The translations under genes and the position numbers were made by a program. Source: Naegleria gruberi (taxonomy: Eukaryota). From it: DNA of 64,000 bases. The DNA is taken from assembly GCA_000004985.1 (NCBI GenBank), contig GG738912.1; one strand, written 5' to 3'. Shown here piece by piece: positions 43,443 to 54,100 of this stretch (position 1 is its first letter; each line of letters opens with the position of its first letter). The notes beneath the pieces are model-generated. The model was not told the origin of the DNA. It worked only from the letters and a program-made list of their open reading frames with translations, and did not search any database.

Positions 43443-44735
43443 ATGGCAAACTTTTCATTTAGTTTGAATGGTGTATTGAACAATCTACCAAGCTCCTTGT
43501 CATCCATTGGATACAAGGCTAAGAATGCACTCAGTAGAAAGTTAAAAAGTTCAAACGAAGGTAAACGAAACCCACATGCACCTTCAGATAACGATTTTGA
43601 TGAAAATGACTCATCAAATAATAACAATAATAAGAAACCATCCTCTTCATCATCCAACAGATTGGATAATTCATCATCTTCAAAGGCAACTATCAAATCG
43701 TCCAATAAGAAACCAAGAGTAAAGAAACCGAAAGTTGAAGTCAAGTATTGTGATAAATGCTTGAAAGATGAAGAAGAAAAAGTCCAAGCCACTCATTATT
43801 GCTCTGGTTGTTCCATGAATTATTGTGAAGCACACATAAATCTTCACAATTCGGCCAACAAGACGAAAGGTCATGCCGAAAGTGGTCAAGTTTCAAGTCT
43901 AGCTGCTGCACATGTTCCACTTGCTCTCTTACCAGACTTGCAACAAATTTGTGTGCTTCCCAATCCAGATAGCCCATTTTCATGCACAATTGACCATGGT
44001 TATGGTTCTCTATTCGTTCTTGATGGAGATATGTTTATGGAATATGATTTAACAACTAAAGAATTGGTAAATCATTTCAGAGAACCTCAAGAAAGACGTG
44101 CAGTTCGTGTCTGTTACGATTCCAATGATGATACTCTCATTTATGTACTTGACAGATGTGCTTCACATGATATTGTAAAAACTTCAAGAGATGGAAAGAT
44201 GATTCATTGGCAATTGGATGATCAATCACCAATTCGTGATATGAGTGTCGATCCAATTGATGGAACTATTTATACAGTTCAAAATGATGGAATTGTTTGT
44301 GTGAAGGATGGAAAAGTTTCGTCCACATTGAGAGAAAACATTAATGGAAATAACATGTTTGTGGACACCTATGACAATATTTGTGGAGTGACAACTAATC
44401 ATGAAAATAACTTGATAGTTGTTTCGAATAGATATATTATTACTTGTAATAAGAAGGGAAAGATATTTAGCAAAGTTGAAAAGGTCAGTTCTGGTGCAAG
44501 TAAGAGAATTCATTTGGATCCAAGTGGAGAACACATGTACTTTATTGGAGACAGTGGAATTGAGTCAACCAAATTGAATGGAACTTGTCGTACAGAATTT
44601 AGAAATGACAAGGTTGACTATGATCATAAATTTGAAGTTTCTAGAGGAGAAGGAATAGACATGGCCATTGATTTCACATCTGGAGAAGTTTATGTTGTCA
44701 ATCCTCACAAATCAAAAGTTCAAGTATTCAAATAA
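43443..44735 (+). CDS. Single B-box-type zinc finger + NHL-repeat protein, a paralog of the 41723 gene transcribed divergently from it.
   Basis: N-terminal S/N-rich low complexity, then YCDKCLKDEEEKVQATHYCSGCSMNYCEAHINLHNSANKTKGH and a C-terminal region homologous to that of the 41723 gene (…LIYVLDRC…, …GTIYTVQNDG…). Confidence 0.6.
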   Translation: MANFSFSLNGVLNNLPSSLSSIGYKAKNALSRKLKSSNEGKRNPHAPSDNDFDENDSSNNNNNKKPSSSSSNRLDNSSSSKATIKSSNKKPRVKKPKVEVKYCDKCLKDEEEKVQATHYCSGCSMNYCEAHINLHNSANKTKGHAESGQVSSLAAAHVPLALLPDLQQICVLPNPDSPFSCTIDHGYGSLFVLDGDMFMEYDLTTKELVNHFREPQERRAVRVCYDSNDDTLIYVLDRCASHDIVKTSRDGKMIHWQLDDQSPIRDMSVDPIDGTIYTVQNDGIVCVKDGKVSSTLRENINGNNMFVDTYDNICGVTTNHENNLIVVSNRYIITCNKKGKIFSKVEKVSSGASKRIHLDPSGEHMYFIGDSGIESTKLNGTCRTEFRNDKVDYDHKFEVSRGEGIDMAIDFTSGEVYVVNPHKSKVQVFK

Positions 44736-44943
44736 ATGTAATTTTACTCAATTACCACCACCAATTAATTCATATAAATCTACAAGTAGTATCCAATTGC
44801 AATAATAAAGAATGACTGAATTGCAATCTCTACTTGAATACTGTGATGTGTAAATATCAAGTAGAGATGGAAGCGGACATTTTATTGTGAAGGCGCACGT
44901 ATAGTTGGAGATTTTCAAACAATTTCCCACGTTATGAAAAAAA

Positions 44944-46611
44944 ATGGTTGAGGATTCAACAGAGATGGTATTAAACAATTCCTCATCAGAATCATCGGAG
45001 GGAAAACATTCTATTGCATGTGCTCGTTGTAGAAAATTGCACAAAAAGGTATGTGATGCTTCTTTGCTATCAGTTGATAATAATTGTAAACTGTATTTTA
45101 GTGTGACAAAAAGTTGACTGGTTGTTCGAAATGTGCAAATGCAGGTGTTGATTGTGTGGTAGGTTCCAAATAATACTAATTTCAATTCTAATAGAGTTTA
45201 GTATAAAACTCCTCAAAAAAGAGGAAAGGCCTCAGAGCACTATTCTCTACATCCAGCTAAAAGGAAGAAGAAACTTTCAAAATCTTCATCTATTACTGAT
45301 CAACAAGATAAAGTGCTAACTCCCAATACAATGATTGATGTGTATTTCACATGTGTATGTGGAATTCATCCAATGATTGAAAAGGAAAAATTGAAATATT
45401 TTGTAAATACTTGTCTTTATCAATTTGAAAACAAATCAGCAGGAGAGGAATTAATACTGGAAGATAATATTTGGATCAAATCAATTGGAGAAATGAAATG
45501 TTTATATGCTTTATATTTAGCATTGATGAGCGTATCATCTCAAATTGTTGCAGATTTGGAAACAGTTGACAAATACTTGAAGAAGGCAGAGATAGAGATT
45601 GCAACTATTTCTGTTGAACATTCTACAGAGTTTTACTGGGCTGTTGCATGTCATTACTTATTTATTGGATTTGTTGGTGAAGGAGATCAGTACAAATTGG
45701 GATATTACCTTGCTAAAGTGAACTATTTCATTGAAAGTCAATCAGAAACTTGTACGAATCCATTTTTAAAAATTTTGTGTGCAAATTCTAATTTAATTTC
45801 ATCACGATACAAGACTGAAATATTTACTTTACAGACATTGTTGGAGGGAACGAGGAATATGTTTCATTTCTTTACTAATCGTAAAGTGGAGGATGTGCTT
45901 CTTCCAGGAACATGGGATTACATGATGAATACGAAACTATCTCAACAAAACTATTTACTTTTCAAGCAGGTGTTAGATTTCATTTTCAAAGTGTTTAATC
46001 ATTGCAAACACGATATCACCAAAAGTGTGAAAGATTGTCATGGTGAGGATTTTTTCAAAATTCAGAGATTGTTTGCATGTTTACTTTCAGAAGGTTTCGC
46101 ATTCATGTTTATGAAGCAAATTCCTGAGATTAGTTTCAATGTAATGGAAGAAATTGCATTGAAAATTACTCTAATGACTGAACATGAATTGTTTCCTGTT
46201 CTATTTCTTGCAACAGTCGGATTTGCTATTGAGGCTGGAGAATTTCATCTCCAAATTTGTAAAGAAATTGAAATGGGGCTCAAACCAAGAACTGGTGCTG
46301 TGAAGGGAGTTTCAGGAAGGTTAATTACATTCGATTACTTTTCAATACTTGAAAAAGATTTGAGAGCTCTCAATTTATTGGCGGCTAGATATAGAAGAAT
46401 CACCAAATTCTATTCGAAACTCATGACTGAAATGAGTCAAATAATTGAGAGAAACAAGACAATAGATATGCTAGTTCATACAATTTCTTATTCTGAAATT
46501 CAAACTACAAGTAGTCAACCTCCTCAACAAGATGAAATCCTCAGAAAACAATTAGAGCAAGCAGATTTCGAATCATTTCTAACAGACTATCCGCTAGGTG
46601 ATGAATTGTGA
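44944..46611 (+). CDS. Zn(II)2Cys6 transcription factor (3), a recent paralog of gene (2). Three exons: 44944..45048, 45102..45158 and 45202..46611.
   Basis: …ACARCRKLHKK|CDKKLTGCSKCANAGVDCV|YKTPQKRGK… with identical exon-2 sequence and intron positions to the 39809 gene. Long near-identical stretches (e.g. CGIHPMIEKEKLKYFVN…ILEDNIWIKSIGEMKCLYALYLALMSVSSQIVADLETVDK). Confidence 0.7.
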
Positions 46612-46725
46612 GTTAACATTTCACATACTACCCACAAAAGCTAGCTCTGGATTAAATATATTTTATTCAATTCAGGTTTTTGATGTTTCTATGAAAGTTT
46701 CGTCTAAGTGCCGAAACATCCAATA

Positions 46726-48381
46726 TTAATACAAGAATTCTGCAAACAATGGCAAGTGATCAGAGCCATGATCTTCATCAGGAATACTTGATTTTGGAAC
46801 GAATTCCAAACAAGGTCCACTATCTTTCACTTGCAAACTTGGAGAATGCCATATGTAATCAACTATTGAATTTCTACCAGTCGTTCCACAACAAGTCCAA
46901 AACTCCTGAACTGTATCATGACTCTTTTGCAGTGGAATACTTTCACAAGCTTCAATTAATTGTATTGGTTTCTCGTGTGGACTTGTATTGAAATCTCCAA
47001 ACCAAATAATACTTGTCTTTTGAGGATCAGCAATTTTTCCAATTTGATTCAAAATTTCATTCACTTGTTTTTCTCTTGGGCCAGTATCACGAGGTTGGAA
47101 TGTCAAATGACAATTTATAATACAGAAGAATCGACCTTTCACTCTATCCCTTGCAATAACGTATTGAAATACTTCAGGATACTCCTTCACTAAGGTCTTT
47201 TCTCCCTTATTGAATATTTCAAATTTGGTATTTCTAATAGCAAGTATCAAGCCGTCCTTCTTTGGATAATTCTTATACGAATGGTAAACTGAAAATCCTT
47301 CTTGTTCCAGAAAGAATTGAATTTGAGAAGCATGTTGATTATCAATTTCTTGTAGACCAATTATATCAAATCTTCTCTCCTTCAAGACGGAAAATATTTT
47401 ATACTTTCGTATTTCCCAATCCAGATATTTCTGATTGGTAATATTCGAATATCTACTCAAAGAAATGTAACATTGTGCCAAAATATTATAGGAACAGACC
47501 AGAATAGTTGGTGGAGGAAAGGACAGATTAGTTTGTGGTAGATTTTCTGATCTTGATCCAATGATGACCTGATTATTCTGGACTGGAGAAACATGAAAAT
47601 GTTGAAATTGCTTTCCAGAATTTTGAGGATTGTAAAAATTTTGAGGAGGATAATTTTGAATTGCTTGATTTGGATAATTTGCAATTGGTTGTAAAATTTT
47701 GGGATTTGCATATTGAATTGGAGGAGGTTGATTTTGTTGGTGGTGTTGTTGATGACTATTAGAAACTGAACTAGTTCCTTTCTGATTATTACCATAATGA
47801 GCTTGATAGGTAGTTTGATTTTTGGCAGGTTTTTGACTACTTGACTGATTAGTAGAATCAATCTGCTTCTTCTTCTTCTCATTCACCCCATGACATTCCT
47901 TCCACACAGGTTCATCACTTCCATGTATAAAACAATATCTATGCCATCTTTCCTTATTATAGCATTTTTCACCATATTTGCACGGATGATGAAACTTGAA
48001 TTTGTGTGAAAATTCCTTATTTTCATCCAGTAATGATTTACAATTTAGTCCATACTTGCACGGATGATAAAATTGAAAATTATGATTGGAATCATTGGTG
48101 AGTTTACAATTTTCCCAATTTGGACATCTCAAAGAAACTAATTGTTCATCATCAATCCCTTGAATTACATTCGAAACATCTGAAAAAAAGTGTTTGGCCT
48201 TTCGAATAATTTCTTTCGAAAAATTAGTTTCATGTTTAAAAGTTAAATTGTGTTTCTTATTGGTGAGGAGAGAACAATCCTTCCCGAATGGACAGGTATG
48301 GATGAAATAATGTGTATGATTGGAGTCAAATAGATTATAACAATTTTCATCGTATTGACAAACTGTAAGTTTTGATGACAT
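46726..48381 (-). CDS. Protein with five PBZ-type (poly-ADP-ribose-binding) zinc fingers, a Q/N/P-rich linker, and a C-terminal CCR4/nocturnin-type endonuclease-exonuclease-phosphatase (EEP) domain.
   Basis: PBZ-like CxxxxxC-x7-HxxxFxH motifs: CQYDENCYNLFDSNHTHYFIH, CPFGKDCSLLTNKKHNLTFKH, CPNWENCKLTNDSNHNFQFYH, CKYGLNCKSLLDENKEFSHKFKFHH and CKYGEKCYNKERWHRYCFIH. EEP motifs VCSYNILAQCY…W.IR…DIIGLQEIDN, …GDFNTSP and …GSDHLP. True ATG at 48381 (caaaaaaaATG). Confidence 0.65.
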   Translation of the reverse strand: MSSKLTVCQYDENCYNLFDSNHTHYFIHTCPFGKDCSLLTNKKHNLTFKHETNFSKEIIRKAKHFFSDVSNVIQGIDDEQLVSLRCPNWENCKLTNDSNHNFQFYHPCKYGLNCKSLLDENKEFSHKFKFHHPCKYGEKCYNKERWHRYCFIHGSDEPVWKECHGVNEKKKKQIDSTNQSSSQKPAKNQTTYQAHYGNNQKGTSSVSNSHQQHHQQNQPPPIQYANPKILQPIANYPNQAIQNYPPQNFYNPQNSGKQFQHFHVSPVQNNQVIIGSRSENLPQTNLSFPPPTILVCSYNILAQCYISLSRYSNITNQKYLDWEIRKYKIFSVLKERRFDIIGLQEIDNQHASQIQFFLEQEGFSVYHSYKNYPKKDGLILAIRNTKFEIFNKGEKTLVKEYPEVFQYVIARDRVKGRFFCIINCHLTFQPRDTGPREKQVNEILNQIGKIADPQKTSIIWFGDFNTSPHEKPIQLIEACESIPLQKSHDTVQEFWTCCGTTGRNSIVDYIWHSPSLQVKDSGPCLEFVPKSSIPDEDHGSDHLPLFAEFLY

Positions 48382-48414
48382 TTTTTTTGACAAGTGAATT
48401 CTGACAGATAAAAA

Positions 48415-49302
48415 ATGGTAGCATCAAGCGAAGAAGAACACGATCAGGAAACATCAACAACAGCTGCATCACTTTCGATATCAAGTGTTGTTGGTGGAAT
48501 TAAAAATTTACTTGGTGAATTATTTGACAAGGCATCAACTGAAGAAATTGATCATGTAATTGCATTGACAGGATTTAATGCATTGAAAGCTTATACATGT
48601 TTATTGGAAAAGTATCCTCCACCTACTGTTCCGGTGTCAAATGTTGTGGAACAGCAGCCATCTGTCAGTAGTCAAAATATTCCCCTGACACAACAATATT
48701 TTCAACCATCACAATTACCAATTCAACATGTTCATCAAAATATTGATCCGATGATGATGAGCCAATTTATGATGCAAAATCAATTTATGCCTGTCGGATG
48801 TCAACAATTCAATCAAATTCCTCAATTTCAACAACAGCAACCTATGAATCAATCTACATGTATTTTGATGAATGATGGAATGGGAAGACAATATTATATG
48901 ATTTCTGATCCAAGTCAAATGTCAAGTAATAATTCAATGATGGTCAGCAGTGGAATTACAACTTCCAACCCAACTCCTCAACCATCTTCTACATCAATTA
49001 CAGCATCTACTTCAATTGCAACTCAAACATCTACTTCTAATACACCTGCCACATCAACGCAACCTGCCACCACTCATGTCACCATTGACAAGAAGAAGAA
49101 ATGTAAAGATTGGGACAAATGTACTCAAACTGGCGACCAAACACACGTTGAGAAATTCTTCCATCCATGCAGAAATGGATCTCATTGCAAGAATATTGAA
49201 AATGTCATTCATCAAAATAGATTTGTTCATCCTTGTAAAGATGGAAAGCAATGTAAGAAGAAGGATGATAATTTACACAATATTATGTTTACTCATAAAT
49301 AA
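48415..49302 (+). CDS. UBA/CUE-like N-terminal domain, a Q/M/S/T-rich low-complexity region, and three C-terminal PBZ-type zinc fingers.
   Basis: EEIDHVIALTGFNALKAYTCLLEKY is UBA-like. PBZ motifs CKDWDKCTQTGDQTHVEKFFH, CRNGSHCKNIENVIHQNRFVH and CKDGKQCKKKDDNLHNIMFTH. ATG at 48415 with aaaaATG context, only 33 bp from the divergent start at 48381. Confidence 0.55.
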   Translation: MVASSEEEHDQETSTTAASLSISSVVGGIKNLLGELFDKASTEEIDHVIALTGFNALKAYTCLLEKYPPPTVPVSNVVEQQPSVSSQNIPLTQQYFQPSQLPIQHVHQNIDPMMMSQFMMQNQFMPVGCQQFNQIPQFQQQQPMNQSTCILMNDGMGRQYYMISDPSQMSSNNSMMVSSGITTSNPTPQPSSTSITASTSIATQTSTSNTPATSTQPATTHVTIDKKKKCKDWDKCTQTGDQTHVEKFFHPCRNGSHCKNIENVIHQNRFVHPCKDGKQCKKKDDNLHNIMFTHK

Positions 49303-49369
49303 AATCAATGCTTTTGCTTGTCAAATTGTGAATTCACTTGTCAAATCATCGTTTTACCTGTCAAAAAAA

Positions 49370-51100
49370 ATGTTACCTTATCGTCCGCCTATTGTTCAGC
49401 CAATTCAACAGTTAATTCCGGTGTATTCCTACATGCCATCAACTTCATCATCGCCTGCCACTCCAACCAATGATCAATCACATCAATCAACTGCCACAAA
49501 TCAAAATAATCAGCAAAGTATTTGCAAATTTGGTCCAAATTGTCCCAACTATGACCAATGTACCTCTCTTCATCCATGCCGTTACGGAGAAGATTGCAGA
49601 AGAATTTCAAGAGTTGTTAACAAGACTCAGAAATTACAAGACATTGTTCACTGTTCCAAATGTTTCCATATTTGTAAATGGGGTGAGAAGTGCAAATATT
49701 TGAATGATGAAGAACATGTAAATATGTTTCTTCACACGTGTACTAAATCAAATTGTAAAGATGAAGTTCACAAAGAGAGATTTAGACATAAATGCAAATA
49801 TGGAAAAAATTGTCGTTCCTTAGATGGAAAATATGAAAATTGGGAACATTATGTCAAGTTTATTCATCCTAGGACTAATGGAGTTATGAGACATGTAGAA
49901 AAACAAATGTATTATCTATTTTCTGAAATATCTAATGATGAAAGCAATTCAAAAACTGCTCAATCTGACATTCCTGGTTTGACACTTGTAAAGAAGAGTA
50001 CACTCAAACCACAAGTGAAAGATAGAAAACGATCTGCCAAATGTGAAATTTCCACAATCGATGGTAAATCCACAGAGTATTATTTCATTGGGTATGAGAA
50101 GGGTGCTGGAAATTCGTCAACTTCAAAAGTCGTTTGTTTTAAAGAGACTGGAAAGGGAGTTTTTGAAGGTCATATTAAGGTAGTTGCAGAATCTAGTTGT
50201 GTATTTGATGGAAATGCAAAGATTGAACAACCTTGGTATCATTCAAAAGTTAATGTTTATAGAAATACTGTCATTAGTCAAGTATTTGATGAAATTTTGA
50301 AACAAGGTTTGAATGGAGTGAGCCCAAATGCTACCTATATCGATGTTATGAAATACATGATAGAACAGCATGATATTCCAATATTTATTGTTGGAGGAGC
50401 TGTCAGAGATGTCATTCGAGAAGTGATTGTTGAAAAAAAGACCAATGCCTTACAAATTATGAATAATATTAAGGATATTGATATTGGATTTGGTTGTGAT
50501 CCACAGACATTTCATGGACGCCTCACTCGAAAATATAAATCAGGTGTTCCAATTCCTGGACCTCGTGGACTAGTTCAAGTAGGAAGCTCCAATGGTTCTG
50601 ATCTATTCCTGGAAGGTAAAGCCATTAATGGTTTAAATAATGATAATAAGAGTGTGAAAGCACAAATTGCTCAATGTTATGGAACTAATCTGAGAGGAGA
50701 AAACATTTGTAGAGATTTCACATGTAATTCTCTTTGGTATGATCCAATCAATAAGTGCATTATTGATACTATTGGAAATGGGCAAGGAATTAAGGACGTA
50801 ATTTCAAAAAATTTACGAATTCCTGTAAAACCAAGAGATTGGGAATTTTGGGTTTCTGGCAATCCAACAAAGTTGATGAGATTTTACAAATTCCTTTTGA
50901 AGGGATATTCTGCAGATGCCAAAACTAAATCATTCATAATTGAACAAGTTAAAAGTGGTAAATTTATTAGTGATATGGAAATTAGAACTCAATACACAAA
51001 AGGAATTGGAAAAGCCAACAAAGCAAGGTTGGAGAATTTGTTGAGAAGTGATTTTGGTGATCAGTTTTACAATAATTATTTCGCTAATCATATTAAATAA
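49370..51100 (+). CDS. N-terminal PBZ-type zinc fingers fused to a class-II nucleotidyltransferase head domain (CCA-adding enzyme / poly(A)-polymerase PcnB-type).
   Basis: PBZ-like CKWGEKCKYLNDEEHVNMFLH and CKYGKNCRSLDGKYENWEHYVKFIH plus partial copies. NTase motifs FIVGGAVRDVI…DIDIGFG and RDFTCNSLWYD (class-II GGAVRD / RDFT[IV]NA). Start is taken at the ATG at 49370 (caaaaaaaATG) inside ORF 48950..51100. Confidence 0.6.
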   Translation: MLPYRPPIVQPIQQLIPVYSYMPSTSSSPATPTNDQSHQSTATNQNNQQSICKFGPNCPNYDQCTSLHPCRYGEDCRRISRVVNKTQKLQDIVHCSKCFHICKWGEKCKYLNDEEHVNMFLHTCTKSNCKDEVHKERFRHKCKYGKNCRSLDGKYENWEHYVKFIHPRTNGVMRHVEKQMYYLFSEISNDESNSKTAQSDIPGLTLVKKSTLKPQVKDRKRSAKCEISTIDGKSTEYYFIGYEKGAGNSSTSKVVCFKETGKGVFEGHIKVVAESSCVFDGNAKIEQPWYHSKVNVYRNTVISQVFDEILKQGLNGVSPNATYIDVMKYMIEQHDIPIFIVGGAVRDVIREVIVEKKTNALQIMNNIKDIDIGFGCDPQTFHGRLTRKYKSGVPIPGPRGLVQVGSSNGSDLFLEGKAINGLNNDNKSVKAQIAQCYGTNLRGENICRDFTCNSLWYDPINKCIIDTIGNGQGIKDVISKNLRIPVKPRDWEFWVSGNPTKLMRFYKFLLKGYSADAKTKSFIIEQVKSGKFISDMEIRTQYTKGIGKANKARLENLLRSDFGDQFYNNYFANHIK

Positions 51101-51142
51101 CTAATGTAAATCAAAATTCAACACTTTTTAGGTCATTAACTT

Positions 51143-54100
51143 TTAATTTTTTCTATTCCTTTTTGGTTTAGAAACAAATGTTGGGACTCTTGTGAGTGAT
51201 TGTTTTTCATATTCAAACTCTATCGCGGAAAAATGGTTATATTGTTCACCAAAGTATCCTCTAGCTTCTTGGTTTCCATTTTTAGCAGCTTTCAACAACC
51301 AGAGTGTTCCTTGTGTTACATCTGTTTCACATAATAACTTTCCCAACGCCAACTCTGCATCTGAATTTTGTTGTTGAGCAGCTTTGAGCAACCATGAATG
51401 TGCAAGCTTAATGTTTTTCGGGACAACCTTATCAAGTCCATACATATAAATCATTCCAAGAGAATATTGTGCATTTGAATTTCCTTGATTAGCAGATTTG
51501 CAATACCACTCAAAAGCAAGTGAATAATTGGGTGTTTGGATGATATTAAGTGTATGATGATAAATGCAAGCTACTTCATATTGGGCTTCATTATTTCCAA
51601 GTTCAGCAGCTTTTTGATAGTAATCCCATGCTTTTTGATTATCCTTTAATTCTTTATAGAGATATCCTAAACGAAAGAGTGCTTCTGAATTCTTCACATC
51701 AGATTCTACTGCTTTTAGATACCATATAATGGCCTCATGTTTATCCAATAAAACACCATCACCCAGCTCATACATTTCTCCAATATCATATTGTGAATCA
51801 GAATCATTGAATTTTGTAGATGCTTCCAAATACAATTCGTGTGCTTCTTGATAATTACCCTTATTAAAAAACATTCTAGCCACATTTCTAAGAGCTTCAA
51901 TATGCGTACTTATTATTTCAGCTTCTCTAAAAATAAGTTTTCTATATTCTTCATCAATTTCCATTCTTTTTAAATTCATATTATTACCTAATATAATGTG
52001 TTCGCCAGAAACTAAGATATCTGTAGTAATAGTAGAAAGCTTTTGCTTGGATAAATCGAGTGCTTTTTGGTAAAGTTTAAATGCCAACAATTCATTACTT
52101 GATATTCCATTATCACCATCTTCAAGCATTGATGCAACATAATTAATGGCAGGAATATAGTTACTATCATATACTTTCTTAAATAGCTCAAAAGTTTCGG
52201 TATTGTTTGTTTTGGAATAATGAATAGCTTGTTGGAATAATTTCTCCCCTTTATCATTACTAACTTCCAAAATCATATCCAATTGACTTGCAGAATATAA
52301 AACTCCATATTCCACGCCTTCCATTTCTAAAGTATTAACGTTCATCTCATATTGGTTTCTTCTTTGAGCATCTTCTATAAAATAAGAAATCAATTTTCTT
52401 TTTTGAGAATCATTATTTAACACTAAAGAGTAGAGAGTGTAATTATTTTGCTCTGATTTCTCCATTTCTAAAATGTGAGAGGAGAAGTTTGGGATTAGAA
52501 TAAATCTGCTTTTGTCTTTGATTAAATGGCCCATTTTTAAACCAAATTGTGTGACAGATTTTAGAGAGGAATTTAGAGAAATAATATGCACCTCCTTGTC
52601 CTTAAGAAATAATACAAAAAATCTCCAAAAAAGGTCCATCATTTCCGAGACCATTTGAACTCGCTGTTTCTTTTTGTTAATCTGTTTGAAAATAGTTTGA
52701 AATAATTCCTTATAAATATCTTCCATCCTTTTTTGATAATCATTTGGTTTCGTGTTGTTTTTGAAAATATTTGCTATCTTGTACTTGATAAATGTGATTA
52801 AATGTTGTCTGTCATCTACACGTGCTATTTGAGAATTTGGGTCTTTAAACTCTAATTTTTGAGAAACTAACAATTGCATACTATCATATAATTTACCAAC
52901 TAGAGAAACACTGCGCCTCAATGGACCATGTTTGTTCTTGTGGTAGTGTGGAAAGCCAGGGAATTTTTCAAGTAGTTCTAAATCTTGTGCATTTACAGCA
53001 ACACTGTAGTTGCCTTTTTTGGGAGCGTCGATAGCCCTGTTGATGAGAGTACATAATCTTTCCATGTTATTCCAGTATTTTCGTGACCATTGATTTCCAT
53101 AAAAATCAGCAAACAAATGACGAATTCCAATCAAGTCTTTGAATATATCAGGATCGAATGATCGTGTCTCATTGTAGTCGTCATCAAAAGATCCTGGATC
53201 GAACTCTACTAATGATTCTACTAGTTCGTTATCCCAACATGCAAAATATTGATCTCCATCTAGATCAGATCCTGCAATCATATTTGTTATTGGTCTACTT
53301 CCTTTTGTAGGAAAAACAATAACATCGTAAAGAAAATTCAATTCAGGAATGTTGACTGCCTCTAATTTTCTCAGGTCACCACGATGTAAGCATGGCTCTT
53401 TAGTGACAATCACAGTATTCTCAATTACATTCTTCTTCTTTGGATCATTTAGAGAGGAAACTTGAATAAATATTTGACCTTCTTTGAGTACTCCGAAAGG
53501 ATCTGCTATTCCGTACAACCTTCTAGAACTGTAACAAGGAATTCTCAAGGAGAGTATTTGGTTTCTGTAGGGGCCTGTCAGGAAAGCAAGCTTTTTGCTT
53601 TTTAGAATGGAAAGAACGTTAAGAGAGGCATAGTCTCCTTGTTTTACGTACTGATCAAAAACCTTGTCAATGTCCGATTCTGAAATATAGTTTTTCATCA
53701 AATTTTCAATATGTTTACAGGCCTTTTGGTTTAGTATTTCGAATATCTTTCCTTGTTTTGTTTCATCTTCACACCCTTCTAAAATGTGCATAATTGTCGA
53801 ATTGATTCTAGCAAAATCACAGGGGCTTGAATAACCTACGATGCATAAATTATTAATTATATCATCATCAGTGTTTGGGTGTTCAATTTTCATCATTGAT
53901 TTCCTTAGCACTAAATGGTGACCATACACCTTTTCCGCATTTGGATGGATGTAAACCATGCCTTTGGCTCCTCTAAATCTTATTTGGTATGCACAGGGAA
54001 GATATTCATTGACTAGAAACTCTACTCCATCATTTTCTTCGTAGATACCATCTTCATCCATCGATTGTTTGCTCTGGTATTTCAATAAATTTTTAGATTT

